From: Batkoa obscura | Lineage: Eukaryota | NCBI GenBank assembly: GCA_030770535.1 | Contig: JASVEC010000001.1 | Span: forward strand, 1,116,001-1,180,000 | Reading direction: 5' to 3' | Length of the DNA stretch: 64,000 bases | The notes under the pieces: model-generated | What the model was told of the DNA's origin: nothing | What the model saw: only the letters and a program-made list of their open reading frames with translations | Database searches by the model: none | In this document: positions 27,401-39,039 of the stretch, one piece after another | Layout of the letters: every line of letters starts with the position of its first letter | How positions within the stretch are numbered: the first letter of the stretch is position 1 | Program-made: the position numbers and the translations under genes

Positions 27401-27947
27401 CTACACCATCCAATTTGAAATATTTGATTTCTAAAAGTAAATTATTGTTTATATTTAAATTCCAATGTATGTTTATATTTATATTATATTACTTAGACTC
27501 ACCTTCTGTATTCCCTCTCCTTGAACAGTGGGATCCAGTTATGTTTATAAATCTACAATATTTAGATATCTCAGATAATAGGTTGAGTTATCTACCAAAC
27601 TTTATTTTAGATAAATGTAATAATTTGATTGCTTTGGAAGCCAACGATAATCAAATCAAACTGGAAAAAGAAGTTATTCCTAATCAGTTATTCTTTTTAT
27701 CTTTAAAAAATAATTTGATAAATAATATTGAAGCATTTATCAACTGTAAAAATGTAAATCTTACCTGTTTAGATTTAAGGTATTAATGTTTGTTATTATG
27801 TTATATTATCTATTTATTTATTTTTATTTATTCAGGTTTAATCCTTTACTTGAAAATTTCAAAAGTGATCAACAAACTAAAGTATTGTTTTGGGCCTTTA
27901 AAGCTTGGTTTCCAAATTTATCAAAGTTTCTGGGTAAAAGATGGTAA
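24467..27947 (+). CDS. cdc11: Cdc11/Nud1-like septation-initiation/mitotic-exit network scaffold with C-terminal LRRs, multi-exon
   Basis: N-terminus WETEELSEDW, FTPLSLEVMF and MKFDSLNLKW resemble conserved Cdc11/Nud1/SepK blocks as I recall them; LRR exons downstream (LQYLDISDNRL, LSLKNNLI, LDLRFNP). Confidence 0.7.
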
Positions 27948-28665
27948 CCTTATTTCTTTTTTCCTTTCTATTTTATTTTATATACTTCTCTTTTATTCGT
28001 TCCAATAAACTAGTTTTTTATTTGATTTTTTATATTGACTTAAATGATTTAAAATAAAGTGTTAGATCATATCAAATATCTAATTACAGTTTATGAAATA
28101 TTTCAAACTACATTATAAATAAACGACTATTTAACCTCAATACAATTTTTTAAAGTATAAGAAATGTACAACCAGATATTTGAATTATTTAAATAATAGT
28201 TTTATCAAAATAGACAATTCAGTTATTTTAACCATTATATAATTCATATTTACATTGAAATTTTATTTCTTTGTTGTGAAATTTAAATTTACATTATATA
28301 ACTCCTTTAATTTTGATAAAATACAGATATGAAAGATAAAAAAAGAATATTCAAAAAAATGAACAAAATTCAATATTGTTATTATTTCGTATCTAAGTTG
28401 AAGAGTATATTACATACAAATTAAAAGTGCTGAATTAGATATCCTGTTTTTAATGAGCATTTTCTTTACCACTGTGTATTACATTTATATATTATTAATC
28501 ATCACTACTACCCTTGACCAGTGCAACTTTAAAACTCTTTACCAACTATAGTAGAAAAAGATAGCATATTAATTAGTAGCACTTTTGAAGCAATCGAAAA
28601 ATTGAATGATGATCTGATTTTTGAAGACAATTTTAATTCTTTTAATCTTAAAAACTCCAATATAT

Positions 28666-28761
28666 GGGGATGTATTTTTGTGTTTAAGAATTTTACTAAT
28701 TTTTCCACTCAAATAGCGCTTAAAAAACGGAAAAAGTGATGAAGCCAAAAAAAACACCCCC
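28666..28761. mobile_element. ~98-bp MITE copy
   Basis: GGGGATGT...ACACCCCC; flanks ATAT/TTAT. Confidence 0.9.
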
Positions 28762-29004
28762 TTATGTTAAATTGTAGATTATAAAGCAATGACTAAAAGT
28801 GAAAAAATAGCAATGTTTGCTTTATATATCATATTTTTATTAAATGTCAAATATTATTGAATTTATATTAAATTTACAATTTGTTAAACTTCAATAAATT
28901 ATAAATGATGATAAAAATAAACTTATTAATTATAAAGCACTACATTTGCATAAATAATAAAAACAAAACTACATTAAAATTTCAACTAAAGTTATTTAAA
29001 GTTA

Positions 29005-30687
29005 TTAATCATCGGTTATTCTACCATCAAATCTTTGCTTATTATAAACATCAATGGGCTTAATCATAAAAATAGCAATTAAAAACCCAAACCCAGCTAA
29101 CCCACAAGATATAGCAGAAATAATCATTTGTCCATCCCCAAATGCTGCTACTACTTGCTCAAATTGTTCACTTGATAAATCCCAAACATACTTGATCTCA
29201 TTCATAGTTTTAGTAAGGTCAATTTCACCTTTTACCTTCTGTTTAACAAATTCAGGTATCACTTGATTCCAAATAATACCTGCTACTGTACCACCAAAGG
29301 CAGTAGAAACTCCACGAAAAATTTGAGCCATACCAGTTATAGTTGCTACATCTTTTCTACTTACTGAACCTTGATAAGCTATAACCACACATATATCTAA
29401 GATAGCTTGTCCTATTCCAGCAATAGATTGAGTTGCATGAATGGCAATTTCATCTGAATGTGGAAACCTTGCTGATATCATTGTTCCTAAAGCTATACAA
29501 TTTAAACCAGTACCAACTACCAAAATGTATTTAAAATTATAATTTTTTTTAATTAAAATTCCAATAACGAGTCCAGAAATTAAATAACACATTTGATACC
29601 CTTTGAATAACAAAGAAGCGCTTGTTGGATCTAATTTACGGGTAATCATAAAATACAAATAAAAATGTTGCCAATTTAAACCAGCATTCATGGCAGATAA
29701 GGATAATATTAAAATGGCTCCTAATGTGGTTTTTGTCTTTAATAGTTCTAAAGGAATTAAGGGGAGCTTGGCATAATCACTTTCCCATAATAGTAGTCCC
29801 ATAAACAAAATACCTCCAATCACCATTAAAGTTATCATACTAGGCGTACGCCAACCATTTTCCAAAGTTCCAGCGACATTTATAGGAAGTAATATCATAA
29901 TTAAACTGGTTATTAATAAGACAAACCCAATAATATCAATCTCATTATAAATATTTTTTAAACCGTTAAGAATTCCAAAGCATCTAATCCTTACAAAGGT
30001 GTCTGTTTGTCTTTTAGCTTTACGTTGTAAATAAAGCATGGTCCCAAAAAATAAGGTAATACATGGAACAAAAGCAATAATTGGAATCAAGCTACCCCAT
30101 CGCCACCCAGGCCCTTTAGAGAGTGGGGTTACAAGTAAAGAACTAACCCAACTGTTGATAACAACAGGTATTGAATCTAAAGCACTCAAATTAGCTCGGT
30201 TTGCTAATGAACTCAAGTCAGCTATTATAATTAATTTGATACTTTCATAACCAATAGCACCAATATTTGTAATTAACCAGCCAGCACAATACATAGGAAA
30301 TGAAATAGAAAAATATATAAGCATCAAGCCTAATAAATAAAATGATAAAGCAACAAAATACATTTCAATACGTCCAAAATAATCCGTCAATTTGGAATAT
30401 AATGGGATTAAAATCAAACCTATTAAATTGGTAATTACAAAAATGATACTGGTTAAAGAATTGACTTTAAATTCTTCCAAGGCTATGTTTAATAGATCCG
30501 ACCTAAAATCACCTTCTAAAGAAGTTATATAGGAGATTAAAAAGATCCCTATATAACTTATCCATAATTCTTTTCGATTCATTATACTACGAATACTAGC
30601 CATCCGTCGCGCTCCCAATTCTTCTGCTTTAAATACAACTTCTTCTTTGTTTTTTATACCAAATTCTTCATCTAAGTTATTGATCAT
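29005..30687 (-). CDS. MFS siderophore-iron transporter paralog (SIT/ARN-like)
   Basis: Collinear with 18917-20629 (GARRMASIR, ADLSSLANRANL, AYQGSVSRKDVA, FGDGQMIISA); first ATG at 30687 (the ORF track starts at a TTG, 30714). Confidence 0.9.
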   Translation of the reverse strand: MINNLDEEFGIKNKEEVVFKAEELGARRMASIRSIMNRKELWISYIGIFLISYITSLEGDFRSDLLNIALEEFKVNSLTSIIFVITNLIGLILIPLYSKLTDYFGRIEMYFVALSFYLLGLMLIYFSISFPMYCAGWLITNIGAIGYESIKLIIIADLSSLANRANLSALDSIPVVINSWVSSLLVTPLSKGPGWRWGSLIPIIAFVPCITLFFGTMLYLQRKAKRQTDTFVRIRCFGILNGLKNIYNEIDIIGFVLLITSLIMILLPINVAGTLENGWRTPSMITLMVIGGILFMGLLLWESDYAKLPLIPLELLKTKTTLGAILILSLSAMNAGLNWQHFYLYFMITRKLDPTSASLLFKGYQMCYLISGLVIGILIKKNYNFKYILVVGTGLNCIALGTMISARFPHSDEIAIHATQSIAGIGQAILDICVVIAYQGSVSRKDVATITGMAQIFRGVSTAFGGTVAGIIWNQVIPEFVKQKVKGEIDLTKTMNEIKYVWDLSSEQFEQVVAAFGDGQMIISAISCGLAGFGFLIAIFMIKPIDVYNKQRFDGRITDD

Positions 30688-31372
30688 TTTAATTAAAAAA
30701 GTAATAAATGCCAAAAAAATTTATTAAGCTAATTTATAAACCGCTATTTTGATCATACATTTTGAACTTTTGGTCATTGGACATTCTTATCAAATCATTC
30801 AAAGCTATTTTATACTTCGAAATTTCTATTAATAATCATAGCTTCTAATGATATTTTTTTTGTCAAAAAGGTGATTAATAGAAAACTACAATTTTCTTAA
30901 TAGCAAGGGTTTGAATTATAAAAGTATACACGAGGTTTTTAATAAAAAGGAACAAATAATATACCAATAAATTTTGATAATTTAAAATCGTGAAGAATAA
31001 AACAACAAATGATATTTTATTTTATTTTCTAATAAAATATAAGAATGTTTTCTTATTTTTTATTTTTTAGTTTTTAGTTTAAAATAAAAAAGCGTTTTAT
31101 GAACTATTACTTCCAAATGGAAAACTAATATAAAGTAAAGTCGTTAAAAGTTTTAGAAATTAACTTTTAAAAATCAGAAAAAATATAAACAGATAAAACT
31201 TTTCTTTTAATATAAAAAGTTTATAAACACATTATTTACAATTGTTTAGAAAAAAATATTAATTTTTACAGCTTTTTGAAATTTAAAATTAATAAAAAAA
31301 TCAGCTTATCTATATTTTAAAGAATCTTCTTTATTATAAAATTAAATTTTTTATTGATAATAATTTAAATAT

Positions 31373-31722
31373 GGAGGTGTTTTTTTTGGTTTCATTACTT
31401 TTCCATTTTTTAAGCGTTATTTAAGTGGAAAAACTGCTAGTAAATCTTAAACAAAAAAATATATCCCCATATATATATATATATATTGCAAAGTTTCGAT
31501 TTTTTATAAAGATGTGTTTTTTTATTTAAAGGTTTTACTAAATAGCTTTTCCATTTAAATAACACTTAAATAGCACTTAAAAAATAGAAAAAGTGACAAA
31601 ACCAAAAAAGACACCCTTTATATGGGGATGTATTTTTTTGTTTAAGAATTTTACTAACAATCTTTCCGCTCAAATAGCGCTTAAAAAATGTAAAAAATAA
31701 TGAAACCAAAAAAAACACCCAC
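31373..31722. mobile_element. cluster of three MITE copies (31373-31468, 31508-31619, 31624-31722)
   Basis: Three consensus bodies; the last two abut across a shared ATAT. Confidence 0.85.
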
Positions 31723-31789
31723 ATATTATACTTTTATTTTTAAAAAATTTAATATAAAATTAATCAAAACACAAAAATACATCCCCTAA

Positions 31790-33176
31790 TAATTAATTAA
31801 AAATAATTTTAATATTATAATTACATTATTGATATATTATTAAGTTAATAAATAGCTGCATAGGAGGGAGTGGTTAGCCCTCCAAAACTATAATCGACCA
31901 TCTTTATATAATGCAAGCAACACAACAATAGTTTTTGTTTATTATTACGACTACTTGCCTTTTGATTATCCATCAACTTAGCTATTAATAATTTAAGTAA
32001 TATCAACATTTGGAGATGATTTTTGTATTTAAGAATTTTACTAACAATTCTTCCACTTAAATAGCGCTTAAAAGATACAAAAAATAATGAAACTAAAAAA
32101 AACATTCTAATTTAATGATTGATTTCCATCATTTAATAAGCTACTTCCTTGCTTACTAAATATTGAAACTTAAATTTTCAGTTATTTTTGTAAGGTGGGC
32201 CTGGGGTTGATCTTTTACTTTTCCTATTTTCTATAGGCTCTATAACTTTAATTAGGATTATATCACTTTTTTTTGATTTACCAGATACTGGATAATAATG
32301 TAATTTATTATATTTAATGCTTTAAAATTATTTTTCCACTATAAAAGATTTCCAAAATATCTACCAACTATACTTTTTCCATGATGCTTAGCAAAAAATT
32401 AAGATCAACATTTAAACTATTATTTAAACTATTATTTATTTCATGAATTTTTTTGAATACATAATGTAAAAACTCTTGAGACTTAAAATGATTTCCTGTA
32501 TCTGGCCATATGGGGGTGTTTTTTTGGTTTCATTATTTTTTTCATTTTTTAAGCGCTATTTGAGCGGAAAGATTGTTAGTAAAATTCTTAAACACAAAAA
32601 TACATCCCCATATATTATCTGACGAATATCCATATTATCATTATTTTTTTTATTGAATCTTGATAAAAAAGTTGAGTGAGATATCAGATAAATATTGTAT
32701 AATAACCTCAATTTGCTCATCTTTAATTTTTTTTGTATTTTTGATAGTAGGTTGTAATGTTGGTATTTTATTTTTATTAATTATTTAAAAATAATCATAT
32801 TGGTTTCTACTTATATCAAATCCAAAACTTTTACATTCATCAAAAGAATACACTGAAGCTATAGTTAATAATAATGCTACTTACTGGTTTTTATTTCCCG
32901 TTTCCTTTTTGAGGCACTAATTCTATATATTGGTTAATCAAGTTCATTATTATTAATAATAAACTAATAACTTTTTTATTATTATAGAGCATATGATTGA
33001 AAAAGTTGATTCTTTAAAAGAAAAAAACAATTAAAATAAGTCTTTTAAGTTAAATTTTTTATTTAGTTTTAAGCTTTTTAAATTTAACTAACCATGTATT
33101 AAGGACTTAGAAATTTAAAAACTCAAAAATTGGATTAATTTTTAATTAAATCCTGAAACCAATTTTGGACATCCCT
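31790..33176 (-). mobile_element. internally deleted Sola2-like copy with MITEs at 32012-32109 and 32512-32609
   Basis: Terminus CCAATTTTGGACATCCCT followed by ATAT; retains WPDTGNHFKS and HHGKS codons. Confidence 0.8.
32130..32965. repeat. left arm of an 836-bp inverted repeat (partner 42138-42973)
   Basis: Reverse-complement match with no mismatch noticed by eye; equal lengths. Confidence 0.92.
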
Positions 33177-33337
33177 ATATTATAATTATGATAAATATAA
33201 TAAGCCTTTAGATATACACCAATCTTTGTTTTATATTATTCAGTAAAATATGCATTGAGCTACGATTAACTATTATTAAAGTTTTAAATGATAAAAAAAA
33301 ATCCAATATTTTTTAAAAATGTTTAAATTAATCATAT

Positions 33338-33431
33338 GGGGGCGTTTTTGCTTCATTATTTTTCTATTTTTTAGGCGCTATTTATTTGAGCGGAAAGATT
33401 GTTAGTAAAATTCTTAAAATAAATACATCCG
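33338..33431. mobile_element. degenerate MITE copy
   Basis: GGGGGCGT...GAGCGGAAAGATTGTTAGTAAAATTCTTAAA...ATACATCC. Confidence 0.8.
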
Positions 33432-33512
33432 TGTATTTTAATAAGCTCAGGAATGCTAACTTGCAAAACATTTTAACTATTTAAATATTCTTTTTGAAGT
33501 AAAGACTCAAAT

Positions 33513-33585
33513 GGTCCCGTGGCCCAATGGATAAGGCGTCTGTCTACGGAACAGAAGATTCCAGGTTCGATCCCGCCAGGGATCA
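33513..33585 (+). tRNA. tRNA-Arg (ACG), probable pseudogene: T-stem broken by a micro-inversion
   Basis: GGTCCCG TGGCCCAATGGATAAGGC, anticodon arm TCTGT-CTACGGA-ACAGA, GTTCGA T-loop; the 3' T-stem reads CCGCC and cannot pair with CCAGG. Confidence 0.85.
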
Positions 33586-34723
33586 GTTTGTCTAATTATT
33601 TTTTTTACCCTGTGCATAAGTATGAAAAGTTGTGCCACAAAATAACAATTGAGATAAGTAGTGATACGTCAAATATAAATAAGATCCATTGTATAAAGGA
33701 AAAGTCTAAATATCAGGTTTTCTTGCTTAAATGTCTTACATTTTATGATTTTTTATGGCAATAGGTTACAACAGTGAATATTGCTTTTTGTAAAATAACT
33801 ATTAGGTTCAAAGAAAATTAAATTCCAGTTAAAAATGCTAATTAAAATAAAAATAGTTAGCTATTGCATTTTTTATAAATTTTGTTTTTAATTAAAGCTT
33901 TATAAAAACTAATTTTTTTAATAATACTCTTTTTTTATTATTTGTAAAAAACATCCCCAACTATTACAAAACTAATGTATTTTACTAAAAAAAACTAATA
34001 CATTGTCCTGATTCTAACTTCAACCACCTTAACCATAATCTAACTATAACTTACCTGTTTAATCCTAGCTTCGATAAACTTTAAATGAGATCACAAAAAG
34101 AGGTGATGGTAAAAAGAATTGCTTTTATAATAGTACGTTGATAAAAGTTTATTTTTAAAATGATTCAATTAAAAGAATTTGTTTGTCTGATTAAATTTTA
34201 CCCAGTAACGTGCATTAATAATCACATTTTATATAAGTAATCATTTAATTTATAAAAAATTAATTAATAGAGAACAAATAAATAATAAACTTTTAAGTTA
34301 GTAATCAGTAGGATACATGCATTGATAGTTATATTTTTTATTGATAATAGTTTAATAGAGGACAAATAAACAATGGACCTTGATAGGCCATTTAATATTA
34401 AATCAAAATCATTTTATTTTCTTAGTTCATCAAAGTTAAATATTATCACCCTTATTTATTTGTATTTAGTACGAATCATTTTTTTTCAAAATTTATTTTA
34501 TTAGTTGATTATTAATGGATGTGTAGTAATGTTTACTGACTTAAGGGTTTATTGTATTAAAACTATTGGTCTTATAAGGTACTTTATAAAGTAATCTGAC
34601 CTTTTTGATTTATACAAAAAATAGGCCAGCAGGCTAACATACAAAATGGTTGTTTCATTTTATAAATTTTCTAGTAATAACTATTTTAGTTTTTAATCTT
34701 AATCTTTTATTCCACTGTATTAT

Positions 34724-34817
34724 GGGGGTGTTTTTTTTGGCTTCATTATTTTTTCCATTTTTAAGCGCTATTTGAGCGGAAAGATTGTTAGTAAAATTCT
34801 TAAAAAAATACATCTCC
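34724..34817. mobile_element. ~98-bp MITE copy
   Basis: GGGGGTGT...ACATCTCC; flanks TTAT/ATAT. Confidence 0.88.
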
Positions 34818-34990
34818 ATATAATAAAGCAATTGGTTCTATTTCATAATCACCAATTTAACGTTAGATACTTTTATTAGTTCAAATAATAGCTCTTTCAA
34901 AGATTAAAAACTGATGTTATCGTGGAGAGCATTTTTTTATTTGGTTATTGTAATCAATATAATTTTTTCAATTGAAATTTCTTTTTAATA

Positions 34991-36838
34991 TTACAAATTC
35001 TCTTTTTTTAGATTCAAACGTGTTTTTTTAAATGCGTAGCTTTGTTTGGTTTAAATTGAGTAGAATCTTCAAAAGCTACTCACTCAACTACTAAGACTTG
35101 AATCAATCCAAATGTTAATAAAAATAAATCATTGAACAAGTACACTATTGTTAGATTTGATTGATGATATATTTAAAACTATGAATAAAATTAGTTTTTA
35201 AAATTAATAAATTAAAGTTTATTATAAATATTTTATTATAAAAATAAAACGGAAGAAAATTATTTTATAAAAGAAAAGAGGCAGTATATAGTTAACCCCA
35301 ATTTGAATGAAAATGATAATGAATAAATACTAGAGTTGAATTGGATGAAATTTATGAAAATAATGAAAACAATAAATGGGGATGTATTTTTGCGTTTAAG
35401 AATTTTACTAACAATTTTTTTATTCAAAATAGTGCTTAAAAAATGGAAAAAATAATGAACCCAAAAAAAACACCCCCAAATAAGCTTTTCAAAATGATAA
35501 AATAGGCAATTAAATTATATTTATATAAATCAAATCAATTCTTAATATATTTTTAAATAAATTGACTAGAGATGAAGTTAATAAAGTCAGATGCTTACTT
35601 TAACTGTTGGGCCCTAGTGTAGGAGTTAGTAGCCAATAAATAAAGCTTTCGTTGAATTTAAAAAAAATAAAAATAAACTATTTGGTGAATTTAAAAGATG
35701 TTTAATATTGAAAAAGCATAGAAATTAGTATATAATAAAATCTAAATAAAACTTAAACAAATCACCAGAAAAGGAAAATTAGAAGTGAAATTGTTATAAA
35801 TGGGATTATAAGTGGGTATAATAACTACCAAAAAGAGGAAACTGAACAATTAGACGTCAAATATAGTACAATAGCTTCAAAAGTTTCTTCAAAAAATTGG
35901 AATGATAAAAAAATTATTATTATTAACCATCAACTTTATCCAGATAAAAAATGAAAGAATTAATTTCTTACGAATTAGTCTTTTTATAGATGAATCTTGT
36001 TTTGACAGGCATACAACAGGTTCTCATGGCTATGAAGGAAAAAGTAGAAGAGTAATTTTGACCCCCACATTTACTAATACTAGTGTAAATTTACATTGTG
36101 TAGTAACACTTTCAGGATCAAAATAGAGCATAGTAAATTAATTGATAAATCAAAACTACCAAATAAAGATCAATTCAATAACTTTATGAATTGTTTATTA
36201 AAACAAAAGATAGAAAAAGTATGTTATATTTTTGATAATGAATGCTAGAATACATAATTTATAAAAAGATTTAGAAAAAGAAATTGAAAAATCTGGGTCA
36301 AGAGTATCAGAATTGCCTCAATATAATTCCTTTTTAAATCTTGTGGAATTATATTCTAATGTACTTAGAACTAGAGGGTAATAAATTTAGGTTATAGTTC
36401 AAACCAGAAGATGATTTTAAAAGCATCCTTCAAACTTAGAAAGAAATTGGCAGTGATGAGCATTGTTCAATTATTTTAAACATGCAGAAAAATTTGTTTC
36501 ATTATGCGATGCAGTAAAATATTTTGTGGTAACATTTATGATCCAACAGAATCAAGTCAAAAACTAACCCGAATTAACTTATTAAACGATATCTACACGC
36601 ATGCTAAATAAATTAAAGTATTAAACAGACGTATTTATGCTAAATAAACAAAAGATATGATTTTATTAAGCTTTTTATTTTTAATATATATTATTTAATA
36701 ATAGTTTTTTTTAATTGAAACATTTGAATTGATTCAAGTCTTAGTAGTTGAGTAGCTTTTGAAGGTTCTACTCAATTTAAACCAAACAAAGCTACGCATT
36801 TAAAAAAACGCGCTTGAATCTAAAAATGAAATTTACAA
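34991..36838 (+). mobile_element. decayed Tc1/IS630-like transposon with ~120-bp TIRs; MITE nested at 35378-35477
   Basis: Inverted repeats 34991-35116 and 36719-36838, each flanked by TA; relic motifs FIDESCF, LIM(D)NARIH-like and LPQYNSFLNLVE (LPxYSPxLNPIE-like). Confidence 0.8.
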
Positions 36839-37199
36839 TAATTAGAGGCCGACTTTTCCAAAAATTAATTTTATAGTATAGTTTGAGGCCCCCTACCCCT
36901 AGTTAATTATTTTTGCCGCTTGCGCCACAAAAAAAAGCCAAATTACTATAGATTGATTACCTTTTATGGTCTCAAGTAAATTTATAAGTAAAACCAACCA
37001 AGCAGTTAATGATTTTAAAAATATGGATATATAAAATAATAATAAATTAAAACTAAATAATATTTAAAGTCATAAAAATAACAATTTATATAGAAAAAGG
37101 GACTCGTGAGGAAAAAGAAAACATGGATAACATCAAACAATTTACTGCTATACCTGGGATCTGGGGGGCTCTAATCTATTGATTTTAAATAAGTGGAAG

Positions 37200-38912
37200 T
37201 AAACCTAAAGTTTTGAGTATTTTATTTAGAATTTTAGATAAATGACTATTATTGAAATTCAATACAACAGAAACAAACCAATATATGCCGAATTTATTAA
37301 ATAAAAGGGGAGGAAGAGAGGAGGTCCTCAAAAAAAAAAGCAATATAAATTGGTAACCTGTAGAGAGGCTATTTGATGAGATGATATTATATATTCACTT
37401 TATACATTTTGATTTCTCAAATGAAAAAACCAAAATTACATGCTTTGGTCAACTAAGTAATATATATTAACACAGCCCAACTCTTAGAAACAGACTATAC
37501 TATAGCTTCGAATTAGATTTTTTGATATAGCTAGCAATTTATATTTTATTAATAATGAAGATAAACGAACGATTATTCATTGAGAAAATCCGACTTTATA
37601 GAGTTAGTGTATGTATAGAGCTTGTGAATAATGTAATTGTTTTTCTTGATGAGCCTTTAATAAAATCTAAAGGCAGATTAAAGTGTATATTTGTCCTTTT
37701 AGAAAGGACTTTGTTTAGGTATTAAATTTTATAATCCTCCTTGCAAAGACAAGTTCAGGTTATCGTTACATTTTAAATTTTATGTTTTTGCCTATCAAAA
37801 CAATGTAAAATCCCTTTACAACTTGCCTTTTGAAAAACAACAAAATGTTTAAAGAAAACTGGCCATGTAAAAATAGGAACAATTTATCAAAAGATATAAA
37901 CTTTAAATTTAAAAAAGATCAGATTAAAATTATGTCACTTAATGGTTCATTAGCATTGATAGAAGGACAAAAAATGTTAATTTAGTTCATAGCATCAAAG
38001 TGGTGAATTAATAAAATAAGCACAGAAAAGAAAACAAAACAAAAAGATAGATGGGGTGAAAAAGCTATCAAATCATCCATTATATGTATAAAAAGTTACA
38101 GTAAAAGTTAAGGGTGGTGGTGTTGATAAGCATGGCTAATTATTACCATTGTTATCTTATAATGGGAAGATATGTAAAAGGGTACTATAAGGCGTTTTTA
38201 TGTTTAATAAATATTACCGTTATTTATTCATAATACACCTGTTTTATATTAAGTTCAATTATAAAGAAAAACTAACACCACCTTATTTATATTGAATATT
38301 CCTGAAAATTTAATAAAGTAAATACACCACCATTAATATACAACAATACCAAAGAACTTTAAGAAGCAAATATGTTAACTCAATTACAAAATAAAAATAG
38401 CAATCGTTTCCCTGACTTTGGCTTTAAGCTAGCTAGTAAACATAAGAATGTGCCCTCTACAAGGACAGTGTGAATGTGATGTTTTTAGTATTAAACTTAA
38501 AGAGAGGAAAGGAATAGTATGGCAATGTGAGGAATGCCAAAAGTACCATTGTATATCTCAAAATGCTTTAGTTTATCACACTAAGCCAAATTCTAAATAA
38601 TAAATTATTTTTTAACTATTTAATTATATATTTAATAAATTTAGGATATGGGGATGTTTTTTTATGTTTAAAAATTTTACTAACAAATCTTTCCACTCAA
38701 ATAGCGCTTAAAAGACGTAAAAAGTGATGAAGTCAAAAAAGCACCCCCATATAGTTACAGTTATAGTTATAGTTATAATTATAACCAAAATTTTAAGCTT
38801 GGCTAAACTAAGCCATCTTTTTCAAGAAAGTGCTAATCTAGTTGGCATAAAATAAATTTGATATCATGATCGATTCAAGCACTAAAAATTGTGATGTGTG
38901 ATACTTAAAAGG
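37200..38912 (+). mobile_element. decayed piggyBac-like transposase relic; MITE at 38650-38748
   Basis: Fragments FLDEPLIKSKGRLK (xDExMxxFKGR-like), KGGGVD-like and C-terminal WQCEECQKYHC; candidate right end AAAGG+TTAA at 38912; left end not resolved. Confidence 0.55.
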
Positions 38913-38941
38913 TTAATGACTGTATTTTCAATTAAAAATAT

Positions 38942-39039
38942 GGTGGTGTTTTTTGGCTTCATTATTTTTTACGTCTTTTAAGCGCTATTTGAGTGGAAAG
39001 ATTGTTAGTAAAATTCTTAAACATAAAAAAACGTCTCCC
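38942..39039. mobile_element. ~98-bp MITE copy
   Basis: Consensus body; flanks ATAT/ATAC. Confidence 0.88.

Noticed and set aside
33519..33764. 81-aa ORF MAQWIRRLSTEQKIPGS...
   Set aside because: Translation of the tRNA-Arg sequence and its flank
36843..37330. GC-richer patches with a partial inverted match (TTTGAGGCCCC / GAGGTCCTCAAA)
   Set aside because: No TIR/TSD pair could be defined; probably TE debris
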